DNA of 63,925 bases, counting the filler, from Octopus bimaculoides (lineage: Eukaryota), in assembly GCF_001194135.2 (NCBI RefSeq). It is 6 parts of 6 records of this genome, joined end to end, with 100 filler letters (N's around TTAATTAATTAA, not from the genome) between each part and the next. Parts side by side here need not be neighbours in the genome. Positions count along the whole stretch, not along the records: positions 1 to 31,351 come from NC_068998.1; 5 more parts are not named here. One strand, written 5' to 3'. Below are positions 1 to 12,347 of this stretch, piece after piece. A program made the translations under genes and the position numbers. A model generated the notes under the pieces. It was not told the DNA's origin, ran no database searches, and saw only the letters and a list, made by a program, of their open reading frames with translations. The stretch's first letter is position 1. Each line of letters opens with the position of its first letter.

Positions 1-169
1 TCCCCCCCCCTACATACACACATACACACGTATAATATATTGCATTATAAATATGTAGAAAAACATGAAATCAAGAGGTTTGACAGAGGAATATATATAT
101 TTCTTTAACCACGTGACTTCCATAGGATTCCGGTTGGCACAATTCTCTGAATCCATATCTCATTCTACT

Positions 170-345
170 CATTCATATTCCATAATGATCGTCCGTCGTT
201 GACGACGATGACCAGGACATCACATGGGAGAAGAAGACGGGTCACAATGCGTCTGGATGAGTCCGATCGAGTCAATGTGTGCTCAGAAGGTTCTGCTAGG
301 GGCCGGGTACTGGTGGTCTGCTGAGAGCGAAGGCGAGAAGTGAAA
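170..345 (-). mobile_element. Possible RTE-type LINE 3' end (or RTE-derived SINE tail) abutting a SINE head
   Basis: Minus strand reads ...DSIGLIQTHC..., reminiscent of the RTE C-terminal SRIGLxSHxRxC, and ends GGTCATCGTCGTCAACGACGGACGA. A related motif occurs at 24057 and 25922. Confidence 0.35.
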
Positions 346-455
346 TAATGTATTTTGACCAAGAACACAACACAACGCCCTGTTCTGGAATCGAAACCAC
401 GATATTGTGATGGTGCGTACAACACCCTCACCACTAAGCTACGCGCCTTCACATT
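346..455 (-). mobile_element. tRNA-derived CORE-like SINE, 5' portion
   Basis: Minus strand GTGAAGGCGCGTAGCTTAGTGG (A box) ... GGTTTCGATTCC (B box) ... TTGTGTTCTTGGTCAAAATAC. Homologous to the copy at 29731. Confidence 0.7.
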
Positions 456-739
456 ACGTAATGTAAGTGTGAGCGAACTAACAATAACAGACGTTTATGT
501 AATTAGGGCATCCAACATAAATTAAGAAAATTAATGTTAAATACAAGTAAATTAAACGCAGATTAAGATTACACAAAATGTATAAATTATATAAATTTAA
601 TCGAAAACATATTTTAAGTAAGGGGATACCATATAGCTTAAGAACCACTGAGGGAGTCTCATTAGCTCGTATGCTGGATGTGCACTGGGCTGCGATAATT
701 AGCATGGCAAATGTTTCTATAAAAATAATTACAGCAAAC

Positions 740-809
740 AGAGAGAAAGAAGCTTGGATAATGTGACTCTGGGAATACACATAAGCACAGAAATAAATAG
801 ATAAATAGG

Positions 810-870
<61 letters not shown>

Positions 871-943
871 CAACAGGGAAAGATATCTTGGACAATGTGA
901 CTAGAAATACACTTTCACACACAAGCACAGAAGTAAATAAATA
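740..943. repeat. (GATA)n microsatellite flanked by a ~65-bp degenerate local duplication
   Basis: CTTGGA(T/C)AATGTGACT...CACA..AAGCACAGAA(A/G)TAAATA occurs at ~753-798 and ~887-940, on either side of (TAGA)n. Confidence 0.8.
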
Positions 944-1580
944 TATATATANNNNNNNNNNNNNNNNNNNNNNNNNNNNNNNNNNNNNNNNNNNNNNNNN
1001 NNNNNNNNNNNNNNNNNNNNNNNNNNNNNNNNNNNNNNNNNNNNNNNNNNNNNNNNNNNNNNNNNNNNNNNNNNNNNNNNNNNNNNNNNNNNNNNNNNNN
1101 NNNNNNNNNNNNNNNNNNNNNNNNNNNNNNNNNNNNNNNNNNNNNNNNNNNNNNNNNNNNNNNNNNNNNNNNNNNNNNNNNNNNNNNNNNNNNNNNNNNN
1201 NNNNNNNNNNNNNNNNNNNNNNNNNNNNNNNNNNNNNNNNNNNNNNNNNNNNNNNNNNNNNNNNNNNNNNNNNNNNNNNNNNNNNNNNNNNNNNNNNNNN
1301 NNNNNNNNNNNNNNNNNNNNNNNNNNNNNNNNNNNNNNNNNNNNNNNNNNNNNNNNNNNNNNNNNNNNNNNNNNNNNNNNNNNNNNNNNNNNNNNNNNNN
1401 NNNNNNNNNNNNNNNNNNNNNNNNNNNNNNNNNNNNNNNNNNNNNNNNNNNNNNNNNNNNNNNNNNNNNNNNNNNNNNNNNNNNNNNNNNNNNNNNNNNN
1501 NNNNNNNNNNNNNNNNNNNNNNNNNNNNNNNNNNNNNNNNNNNATATATATATATATATATAGTATAATAATACTATATT

Positions 1581-1762
1581 TTTGGGGAGGGGACTAGTCG
1601 ATTACATTGACCCAGTGTTTCACTGGTACTTAATTTATCGACCCCGAAAGGATGAAAGGCAAAGTCGACCTAGGCGGAATTTGAACTCAGAACGTAAAGA
1701 CAGACGAAATACCGCTAAGCTTTTGGTCCAGCGTGCTAACGATTCTGCCAAGTCGCCGTCTT
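1581..1762 (-). mobile_element. tRNA-derived SINE family B (Meta-domain-like)
   Basis: Reverse complement of GGCGxCTxGGCAGAATCGTTAGCACG...GAGTTCAAATTCCGCC.AGGTCGACTTTGCCTTTCATCCTTTCGGGGTCGATAAATTAAGTACCAG. Matches copies at 21486 and 39488-40230. Confidence 0.85.
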
Positions 1763-2039
1763 ATATATTGTAAAATAATAAAGAAAAAATTCTTGGTACA
1801 GCTTTATATATATTTCAAAAACAAAACGGGTAGAGATGGTTTTTTTGGTGGGGATGATTTTTATCTTAATCTTAATAATAATGTTTACAGTGAGTTACTC
1901 TGATATGAGCTTACTCATATCAGAGTACCTCACACATTCCATTGATGCAAATTGCATACAAGAGTACAAACCCACCCTCAATCGTAAATCCGAATGGGTT
2001 AACACCCAGAGAATGAACACCCAGAGAATGAAAAAGAAA

Positions 2040-2150
2040 TAAAAGATGAGGTTGACATCGGCCGGATTTGAACTCAGAACGTTGAAAAATCCGTAATAGA
2101 TATATTTGCAAGATGATTATTCTGTCCTACTATCTGACGACTCCTGCAAC
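2040..2150 (-). mobile_element. Degenerate SINE family B head fragment
   Basis: GGTTGACATCGGCCGGATTTGAACTCAGAACG matches the family B B-box region. Confidence 0.5.
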
Positions 2151-2759
2151 TCTTTTACGTAATACCATTGAGATTTTGAGAAAATACGGCAAAGAAAGAA
2201 AGAGAGAGAGTGAGAGCTGGAGAGACAGAGAGGCAGAGAGATGTGGTGTAAATTACAGAAAGCTGAACAGAAATTAAAATGAAAATATATTGGGCAGAAA
2301 CTGTTTACAAATTATGAGAAAAGTTCGTGTTATGTTCTAGTTAACGAAGCATGAAACCAAAAGAAACACTGCGTGAAATGACATTACCAAGGAAATATAT
2401 TAATGATTAATATATCAATAATTAATAAATTCATCAATTCTATTTAGGTTGATTTTTCTGCTCATTTTGTTTTTCTTTTTTGTGCTGTAAATTTTCATCT
2501 TTTCAAGGTTTTCACCTTGAATCATTAAATAATGAATAGCTTTTACGTTAATGATTATTGGACACGAATTTCAAAAAATATATATGTCCGAATGCACTGC
2601 TATATCTGTATGGGTTTTACTACCTTAAAACACACACACATAATTAATTATTTCATTATTAGTTTTCACTGTTTTCTTGGTATGTCTTTGCGTCATTCAC
2701 ATTACGCAAGTTTGACATCTGAGCGCCATAATATCCTCTCAATGCTTACATATTTGACA

Positions 2760-3010
2760 TGTGTTTCCGTCATTGGACTACGGCCGTGCGGAGCCACCGT
2801 CCTGAAGGTCTTTAGTCGAGCAAATCGCCCTCAATACATATATATATATATACATATATATTTTTCTCAAAGTCTGCTAGTTATTCTATCGTTCTCATTC
2901 GCCAAACCGCTAGGTTATGGGGGCCGTAAGCAAACCAACGCTAGTTGCTAAACGATGTATGTGTGTGTGTGTGTGTGGGGGGATAAATATAGATACACAG
3001 ACACACAAAA
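2760..3010 (-). mobile_element. SINE 3' module D, diverged
   Basis: Reverse complement of the D module: GTCATTGGACTACGGCCGTGC...TTAGTCGAGCAAATCG...TTATTCTATCG...AACCGCTAGGTTATGGGG. Confidence 0.75.
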
Positions 3011-3280
3011 ATCATAACAGAAACACATTATACGAGAAGAGTAGTGATAGTGACTTCGAAGTTTCAGTCTACTGGCCTCCATTGGAATGTGTAAAAATAT
3101 AATGAATATGATGTACTTAACAAAAAGTTCAAGTAGTCCTTCAGTTTAATAAAAAAAATGTTTTTACCAGAACTCGACATAAACACACACACACACACAT
3201 ACACACACACACGCACACGCATAAACACACACATATATATATATATATCTATGTATCTATGTATGTGTGTGTGTTTGTGT

Positions 3281-3502
3281 GTCTGTGTTTGTCCCCCCAC
3301 CATCGCTTGACAACCGATGTTGGAGTGTTTACGTCCCCGTAACTTAGCGGTTCGGCAAAAGAATACGATAGAATAAGTACCAGGCTTACAAAGAATAAGT
3401 CCTGGGGGGATGCGATTTATTTGACTAAAGATGGTGCTCCAGCATGGCCGCAGTTAATGACTGAAACAAATAAAGGAATTAAAAAAATGAATAAAAGAAT
3501 AT
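3281..3502 (+). mobile_element. SINE 3' module D, near full length
   Basis: TGTTTGTCCCCCCACCATCGCTTGACAACCGATG...GGTGCTCCAGCATGGCCGCAG...GACTGAAAC, then an A-rich (TAAAAGAA) tail. More than 10 related copies in the window. Confidence 0.85.
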
Positions 3503-3664
3503 ATAGACAAAAGAATACGGAGACTGATACATCTTTAAACCTTTCTTTTAATTTAACAGTTGACCGTACAACAGAATTGGTTTCTTGAAATGACCGACAC
3601 GTGTTTCTGGAGCACAAAGTATGTGTAGTTGCGTATGCAATATGTATGTATGTATGTATGTATA

Positions 3665-3812
3665 ATACGGGCTTCCACAGTTTCCGTCCACCAAATTCAG
3701 TTACAATTTATTGACCAGCCGTGGTTATAGTAGAAGATATTTGCTCAAGGTGCCGTGCAATGGGACTGAACCCAAAACTATGTAGCTCCCACGTGACCAT
3801 TCCAGCGCCTAA
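3665..3812 (-). mobile_element. tRNA-derived SINE family A
   Basis: Reverse complement similar to the 41923 copy (CAGTTTCCGTC.ACCAAAT...CAAGGTGCC...GGGACTGAACCC). Confidence 0.75.
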
Positions 3813-3980
3813 ATTGAGTGAAGAGAGAATGGCCGTAGTTTGGAATACATGATGGAGACGAAGGACTTTCAAATAATGGAATAGCTGTAACTTTCTTACG
3901 TGACATGTACACATATTCTGATATGTGTGTGTATGCGTATGTGTGTGTGTGCGTGTGTGAGTGTGTGTGTGTGTGTATAC

Positions 3981-4011
<31 letters not shown>

Positions 4012-4826
4012 NNNNNNNNNNNNNNNNNNNNNNNNNNNNNNNNNNNNNNNNNNNNNNNNNNNNNNNNNNNNNNNNNNNNNNNNNNNNNNNNNNNNNNNNN
4101 NNNNNNNNNNNNNNNNNNNNNNNNNNNNNNNNNNNNNNNNNNNNNNNNNNNNNNNNNNNNNNNNNNNNNNNNNNNNNNNNNNNNNNNNNNNNNNNNNNNN
4201 NNNNNNNNNNNNNNNNNNNNNNNNNNNNNNNNNNNNNNNNNNNNNNNNNNNNNNNNNNNNNNNNNNNNNNNNNNNNNNNNNNNNNNNNNNNNNNNNNNNN
4301 NNNNNNNNNNNNNNNNNNNNNNNNNNNNNNNNNNNNNNNNNNNNNNNNNNNNNNNNNNNNNNNNNNNNNNNNNNNNNNNNNNNNNNNNNNNNNNNNNNNN
4401 NNNNNNNNNNNNNNNNNNNNNNNNNNNNNNNNNNNNNNNNNNNNNNNNNNNNNNNNNNNNNNNNNNNNNNNNNNNNNNNNNNNNNNNNNNNNNNNNNNNN
4501 NNNNNNNNNNNNNNNNNNNNNNNNNNNNNNNNNNNNNNNNNNNNNNNNNNNNNNNNNNNNNNNNNNNNNNNNNNNNNNNNNNNNNNNNNNNNNNNNNNNN
4601 NNNNNNNNNNNNNNNNNNNNNNNNNNNNNNNNNNNNNNNNNNNNNNNNNNNNNNNNNNNNNNNNNNNNNNNNNNNNNNNNNNNNNNNNNNNNNNNNNNNN
4701 NNNNNNNNNNNNNNNNNNNNNNNNNNNNNNNNNNNNNNNNNNNNNNNNNNNNNNNNNNNNNNNNNNNNNNNNNNNNNNNNNNNNNNNNNNNNNNNNNNNN
4801 NNNNNNNNNNNNNNNNNNNNNNNNNN

Positions 4827-4881
<55 letters not shown>

Positions 4882-6194
4882 TGGTCTCTTTTCCACTGAC
4901 TCTTAAATGTGCCTATTCACATTATTAGCTTGACAACTGGACAACTGGCCGGTCCTCCATAAATAACTTCTCAAAGTTACAACACCAATGATTATTGGAT
5001 AGGAATTTCAAGGTATATTATCTCAATACAAAATCTACAAGCTTTTATGTTAAAAGTCAAGTCCACACGCACTTATAATCTCCTTTTCTCTGACCTTTTA
5101 TGCGTTGTTCACATTAGCTTGACAGCTGACTGCCATTCACAGTATCGAAGTAACAAGAGCAATACTGCGCTCTGCTAGGTTGTCAAAGGTTTCACTTTCA
5201 CTTTCACTTTACTATACTTGCATGGATTAGACGGAATTCGTTAAGGCAGATTTTCTTCGGCCGACTGTCCTTCCTGTCGCCAACCCTTAAATGTTTTCAA
5301 GCAAAGTTATACTTTCAAGCGAAGCAATAAAACATTAGCTGCATGAAGACTGCATTATCATTTGCTTAACTTTTCTACCGTGTAAAGTATGTAAGGCTCT
5401 GTTGTCGTACCCAAGATTTTTCTGTTCCTTTTACCGAATAGTTAGACTTTAAAAACAGAGTTGTCATGCCCCTTTATTCGTATTCAGGGCTTCCAAGATT
5501 GGTGGGTAAAAAAAAGTAAGTTATTGTCCAAGCACAGATATGAACCGAATACAAGCAAAGAGACTCAAGAACGAAATAGTATTTTGCAGATTAGAGCGAG
5601 CGACGGATTAAATCTAACATATAATTTCTTGCCAGCGTTGTTAAAGATGTAGCCATCACCAGAACCGCTATCATTGATCTCCGTCTGTATTATCATACTA
5701 AATATTTATACACCATTATAAGGCATGAAGCTGTGGGATTGTCTGAGATACTGTGGGATTGTCCATTTTGTCTCCTGGGACCATGGGGTGGACTGACAAG
5801 CCTTTCTTAAATGTTACTTGTTACTTGTTACTTATTGTCATATTCTCTATTACTATAAGATAGCTTTAGTCAACAGATCTATTCTACATAGAATTTTAAA
5901 TCATCTGGAATAATAGAAGCCGGCAAGATTTCCTTAAAATTTCAAAGATGAATGGCGGCACAAAGAAGAACAAAAGAAACAGGAAACGCCATTTATTTAT
6001 TTATTTATTTATTTATTTATTTTATTTACTTATCTGTTTATTCATTTATTTCATATTGAATACATTTCTTTTGCAAACTTGTTACCAAGCAGATGGTCAG
6101 TCAGAATAAACCCTCAAATTCCAGTCCAGAACAAAATCCTCCTCTTCTTCCGTTCTCTTTCTTTTCAGCTTCTCATCATCATTAACTTCTCTAT

Positions 6195-6213
6195 TTACCT
6201 TTGAAGTGAGCGC

Positions 6214-6263
<50 letters not shown>

Positions 6264-6479
6264 TTATTTATCTATCTATCTGTCTGTCTGTCTGTCTATC
6301 TGTCTGTCTATCTGTCTGTCTATCTGTCTGTTTCTTTGTCTGTCTGTCTGTCTGCTAGCCTGTCTGTCTGCATTTCTTTCTGTCTGTCTGTTTCTTTGTC
6401 TGTCTGACTGTCCGTTTGTTGATTTGTCTTCACACACGTACACATACCAATCTATCTATCTATCCATCTAGCTATCCAT

Positions 6480-6535
<56 letters not shown>

Positions 6536-6545
6536 TTATATATAT
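6195..6545. repeat. Compound (TATC)n/(TGTC)n microsatellites
   Basis: Directly visible tandem tetranucleotide tracts. Confidence 0.9.
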
Positions 6546-7677
6546 NNNNNNNNNNNNNNNNNNNNNNNNNNNNNNNNNNNNNNNNNNNNNNNNNNNNNNN
6601 NNNNNNNNNNNNNNNNNNNNNNNNNNNNNNNNNNNNNNNNNNNNNNCATTATCAATATATCTACGTTGCTCCCCACCACATCTCTCTCCCTCTCTCTCCC
6701 CCCCTCTCTCTCTCCTTTCCTATTATCACCCTGTTACACCCCATCCAGAACACAAAAACTACGCCGGAGGACATTCTACATTCCACTAATTTGCCTATTC
6801 TTTGCCAACTGATTGAACACCAGGAACAATTTTCAAAAACATTGCTTATAATTTGGTACACATACAGAAAGGCACCAACACACCTACAGCACACTCCCGT
6901 AGACGCGCGCACAAACACTCTCTCTCACACACACAGGCATTTGTTTATGTATGTATTATATGGACATGTAATAATAAACATACAAATAAGCGAATGTTTC
7001 GACATGTCTTTAAAAATCTGTATTGTTGTATGTATGCATGTTTGATGTATGTAAGGTCGAATGTATGTTTCTATGCAGTATGAATGCACGTACGTACGTA
7101 CGTACGTATGTATGTATGTATGTATGTATGTATGTATGTATGTATGTATGTATGCATATATGTATTTATGTATGTATGTACGAAAGTATTGATATATATN
7201 NNNNNNNNNNNNNNNNNNNNNNNNNNNNNNNNNNNNNNNNNNNNNNNNNNNNNNNNNNNNNNNNNNNNNNNNNNNNNNNNNNNNNNNNNNNNNNNNNNNN
7301 NNNNNNNNNNNNNNNNNNNNNNNNNNNNNNNNNNNNNNNNNNNNNNNNNNNNNNNNNNNNNNNNNNNNNNNNNNNNNNNNNNNNNNNNNNNNNNNNNNNN
7401 NNNNNNNNNNNNNNNNNNNNNNNNNNNNNNNNNNNNNNNNNNNNNNNNNNNNNNNNNNNNNNNNNNNNNNNNNNNNNNNNNNNNNNNNNNNNNNNNNNNN
7501 NNNNNNNNNNNNNNNNNNNNNNNNNNNNNNNNNNNNNNNNNNNNNNNNNNNNNNNNNNNNNNNNNNNNNNNNNNNNNNNNNNNNNNNNNNNNNNNNNNNN
7601 NNNNNNNNNNNNNNNNNNNNNNNNNNNNNNNNNNNNNNNNNNNNNNNNNNNNNNNNNNNNNNNNNNNNNNNNNNNNN

Positions 7678-7712
<35 letters not shown>

Positions 7713-7937
7713 TGCATGCATATATGTATGTACATATGTATTCTATACACGCATTTCTATATATAAATTTCAATGCACATATATGTAACTATATATATAG
7801 AGAGAGAGGGAGAGAGAGAGAGATAGATAGAGAGATAAATAGATAGATAGATACATTCATACATGTTTATATGTTTAGGAACATGTATAAAGACATATAG
7901 CCCTACATGTCATCACGTGTTCATACACACGCACACC

Positions 7938-7985
<48 letters not shown>

Positions 7986-8376
7986 CTCTCTCATTCTCTT
8001 TCTCTCTCAGACTTACACACACACATACACACACATGCACATACACAAACCCAAACACACATCAACATAAAATAACATGTGATGAAGACAAACTGAAGAA
8101 ATAATTGTTGACGTACTTTGGTTCAACACGCAACCAGGAGAAGTTCCATTTCCAAGACATTTCAACATAATATTTATTATACGTTGTCGTTGAGGATATT
8201 CGCTGTTTGGCTTGGATACTTCCCAGTTAATCTGAAATATCTTTTATTTACTTTCCAGCTGAAGATGGTTTCCCTTGTCTTTTATTTTTATTTAGATGCA
8301 TCCAGAAACACAACCGCGTCCTTGTATAATGCATATATTTATTTTCATATAAACATCATATTTTTATACACACACA

Positions 8377-8440
<64 letters not shown>

Positions 8441-8948
8441 NNNNNNNNNNNNNNNNNNNNNNNNNNNNNNNNNNNNNNNNNNNNNNNNNNNNNNNNNNNN
8501 NNNNNNNNNNNNNNNNNNNNNNNNNNNNNNNNNNNNNNNNNNNNNNNNNNNNNNNNNNNNNNNNNNNNNNNNNNNNNNNNNNNNNNNNNNNNNNNNNNNN
8601 NNNNNNNNNNNNNNNNNNNNNNNNNNNNNNNNNNNNNNNNNNNNNNNNNNNNNNNNNNNNNNNNNNNNNNNNNNNNNNNNNNNNNNNNNNNNNNNNNNNN
8701 NNNNNNNNNNNNNNNNNNNNNNNNNNNNNNNNNNNNNNNNNNNNNNNNNNNNNNNNNNNNNNNNNNNNNNNNNNNNNNNNNNNNNNNNNNNNNNNNNNNN
8801 NNNNNNNNNNNNNNNNNNNNNNNNNNNNNNNNNNNNNNNNNNNNNNNNNNNNNNNNNNNNNNNNNNNNNNNNNNNNNNNNNNNNNNNNNNNNNNNNNNNN
8901 NNNNNNNNNNNNNNNNNNNNNNNNNNNNNNNNNNNNNNNNNNNNNNNN

Positions 8949-8999
<51 letters not shown>

Positions 9000-9169
9000 T
9001 ACACATATACTCACTTGCGTGCTCGTATACATAATTTCACACATTTTTGTATTTCGAAAGGCTTACAAACACAAAATGTAGCACTCAATACCCTACAGAG
9101 TAGTAAATGTCACATTTTATGTTACCAAACCAGACTTTATTCTGTAAATAAATGACCTTATAAGATCCT

Positions 9170-9555
9170 ACAAACTTCCTGGAGGGGCTGGCACCAAACT
9201 TTGGTATCAAGGGCTATACCATCCCCCGAACTGGACGTCACTGCACTGTTCCAAAGGTCGCAGCTGTGACGTCTAGAGTGAGGGCCATGTACTGCAATAG
9301 CTTGGAATTCAAGGGCCTATAGCTATTTAATGCCTTGCCAAAACATCTGAGGGACCATCTTCGAGTGGGTGGGGTAGATGTTTTCAAGAAGCAACTTCAC
9401 CTTCTGTTATCCAAGGTCCGAAATGACCCTATATCACGCCAAGGAAACTCAAAAGCGGGCAATGACTTAAGAGTGGCCACTGAAAAGTGTAAACTGGCGG
9501 TGCTCCAGAATGGCCACGGTCTTAAGGCTAAAACTTGTAACAAAATAAAAGAATA
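9170..9555 (+). mobile_element. CR1/L2-group LINE, 5'-truncated ORF2 C-terminus plus 3' UTR and tail
   Basis: Translation FLEGLAPNFGIKGYTIPRTGRHCTVPKVAAVTSRVRAMYCNSLEFKGL*LFNALPKHLRDHLRVGGVDVFKKQLHLLLSKVRNDP resembles the post-RT GPxLFNxLP...FKxxLDxFLxxVPDEP motif. One stop and one frameshift. Ends in TAAAAGAATA. Confidence 0.75.
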
Positions 9556-9884
9556 CATGCATATCTACCCATACATAGATACATATACATACATACAAAT
9601 ACACACACACACACACACACACACACAGATATATATATATTTATATACATACTAACATACATGCATACATGCATACCCACATGCTTACAAACACATAAAC
9701 ACACACATATATATGTATTTGCTATTACATATGTTTGTAATTAGATATAGCTACTCATATACACTCGTTTTTTTTCCTACATACATGCATACAAACATAC
9801 ATACATAAGTATACATGCATGCGTACATATATGTGTATGTGCATACGAGTGTTTCTGCGTGCATCTACATAATTGTGTGTGTGT

Positions 9885-9942
<58 letters not shown>

Positions 9943-10499
9943 NNNNNNNNNNNNNNNNNNNNNNNNNNNNNNNNNNNNNNNNNNNNNNNNNNNNNNNNNN
10001 NNNNNNNNNNNNNNNNNNNNNNNNNNNNNNNNNNNNNNNNNNNNNNNNNNNNNNNNNNNNNNNNNNNNNNNNNNNNNNNNNNNNNNNNNNNNNNNNNNNN
10101 NNNNNNNNNNNNNNNNNNNNNNNNNNNNNNNNNNNNNNNNNNNNNNNNNNNNNNNNNNNNNNNNNNNNNNNNNNNNNNNNNNNNNNNNNNNNNNNNNNNN
10201 NNNNNNNNNNNNNNNNNNNNNNNNNNNNNNNNNNNNNNNNNNNNNNNNNNNNNNNNNNNNNNNNNNNNNNNNNNNNNNNNNNNNNNNNNNNNNNNNNNNN
10301 NNNNNNNNNNNNNNNNNNNNNNNNNNNNNNNNNNNNNNNNNNNNNNNNNNNNNNNNNNNNNNNNNNNNNNNNNNNNNNNNNNNNNNNNNNNNNNNNNNNN
10401 NNNNNNNNNNNNNNNNNNNNNNNNNNNNNNNNNNNNNNNNNNNNNNNNNNNNNNNNNNNNNNNNNNNNNNNNNNATATATGAATACATATATACCCATA

Positions 10500-10565
10500 G
10501 TGGTGCTCCAGCACGACCGCAGTCGCATAGCTGGAACAAGTAAAAGAATAAAAGAATAAAAGAAT
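10500..10565 (+). mobile_element. Module D/LINE tail only, with (TAAAAGAA)3 terminus
   Basis: GGTGCTCCAGCACGACCGCAGTC...AACAAGTAAAAGAATAAAAGAATAAAAGAATA, next to a gap. Confidence 0.7.
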
Positions 10566-10583
10566 ATATATATACTATTTATA

Positions 10584-10623
<40 letters not shown>

Positions 10624-11320
10624 AGTGCACACACATATATCTTATGAATAAAATACAGAAAACAGGTATGGCATCCAATACTTAATAGTGTACACACACA
10701 CATTTCGGTAGTTACCGTCATGATTACATAGTTGTTGTTGAAATATATAATCTAGCAAATTACCTCTTCAGTGTTCAGCAATAAGTACAGTGACCTTTGT
10801 TAAAGATTTCCGTTTCAATAACCTCGCCAGTGTCACAATGTAGAGGGAGACAAAAAATAAATAAACTACGATTGGAGGTTGAGTCTTCCAAATCCAAGTA
10901 AGAACAGCCAAGAAAAACATTAATAACAACGACAAAAATAGCCATGACGATGTTGATAACAGGTGGCCTGTTACAGGTTCGAGCCATATATTAGGGTTAA
11001 GTAGCCTGTGGTGAGTTGATTGTCAGGTTTTATAGTATCAGTCACAGACAATCTGCTGTGTTGCAGACCATCTGTTGTGTAGCAGACAAACACAGGAAAG
11101 TAGAAAAGTAGATGGGAAGAACCGGATACCACCTTAACACGTTTGATACCATTCGAACGCATTAGCATCACAGCTGACTCCAAAAATGTCATCATGATAT
11201 TACCGCTCAAAGCAACATGACACTGCCGTAAAAACAATATAAAACAAAATATGGATGAACATGGATTCTTGAGGAAGAAATGCAACTCTTTAGTTTATAC
11301 TCTGTAAATGATCAGGATAT

Positions 11321-11440
11321 GCAGGTGCAATGGCCCAGTGGATAGGGCAGCGCAATGGCCCAGTGGATACGCCATAGAAACCGGGAAACCGGGCCCATGA
11401 GCCTGGCTGGGCTTTAAAAAGGGCGCATAAATAAATAATA
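11321..11440 (+). mobile_element. 120-bp internally deleted SINE with duplicated head and 15-bp TSD
   Basis: AAATGATCAGGATAT flanks both sides (11306-11320 and 11441-11455). Head GCAATGGCCCAGTGGAT occurs twice and is fused to tail ACGCCATAGAAACCGGGAAACCGGGCCCATGAGCCTGGCT. Confidence 0.85.
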
Positions 11441-11590
11441 AAATGATCAGGATATTTGAAACAATAAAAGTCTGCGAGAATTTCTTAAGATTTAAAGAGC
11501 GAGGAAGAAAAACAAGAACGCACTTCTCTTGAGTTCTTTGCTTCTGATGTCTAAATGGAAAAGAGAAAAAGAAAATATACATGCACACGT

Positions 11591-11640
<50 letters not shown>

Positions 11641-11661
11641 ACACACACACACACACAAACA

Positions 11662-11727
11662 TTCTTTTAATTTATTTTCTTTTACTTGTTTCAGTCATGT
11701 GACTGAGGCCATATCGGAGCACCGCCT
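11662..11727 (-). mobile_element. Module D tail fragment
   Basis: TTTTACTTGTTTCAGTCATGTGACTGAGGCCATATCGGAGCACCGCC. Confidence 0.7.
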
Positions 11728-12306
11728 TATATACATATATACGCATATACATATATACACACGTGTGTGTGTATGTGTGTGTGCACGCTTGTGTGTGTGT
11801 GNNNNNNNNNNNNNNNNNNNNNNNNNNNNNNNNNNNNNNNNNNNNNNNNNNNNNNNNNNNNNNNNNNNNNNNNNNNNNNNNNNNNNNNNNNNNNNNNNNN
11901 NNNNNNNNNNNNNNNNNNNNNNNNNNNNNNNNNNNNNNNNNNNNNNNNNNNNNNNNNNNNNNNNNNNNNNNNNNNNNNNNNNNNNNNNNNNNNNNNNNNN
12001 NNNNNNNNNNNNNNNNNNNNNNNNNNNNNNNNNNNNNNNNNNNNNNNNNNNNNNNNNNNNNNNNNNNNNNNNNNNNNNNNNNNNNNNNNNNNNNNNNNNN
12101 NNNNNNNNNNNNNNNNNNNNNNNNNNNNNNNNNNNNNNNNNNNNNNNNNNNNNNNNNNNNNNNNNNNNNNNNNNNNNNNNNNNNNNNNNNNNNNNNNNNN
12201 NNNNNNNNNNNNNNNNNNNNNNNNNNNNNNNNNNNNNNNNNNNNNNNNNNNNNNNNNNNNNNNNNNNNNNNNNNNNNNNNNNNNNNNNNNNNNNNNNNNN
12301 NNNNNN

Positions 12307-12347
<41 letters not shown>

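Noticed and set aside
6740-6860. Open frames after a polypyrimidine tract (including KLRRRTFYIPLICLF, faintly like a ligand-gated channel pre-M1 segment)
   Set aside because: The frame stops within about 20 codons, the donor is weak, and the resemblance is too slight.
8117-8231. Minus-strand AG/GT-bounded open segment INWEVSKPNSEYPQRQRIINIMLKCLGNGTSPGCVLNQ
   Set aside because: No recognisable homology. Segments of this size with splice dinucleotides arise by chance in 64 kb. Worth rechecking only with RNA-seq.
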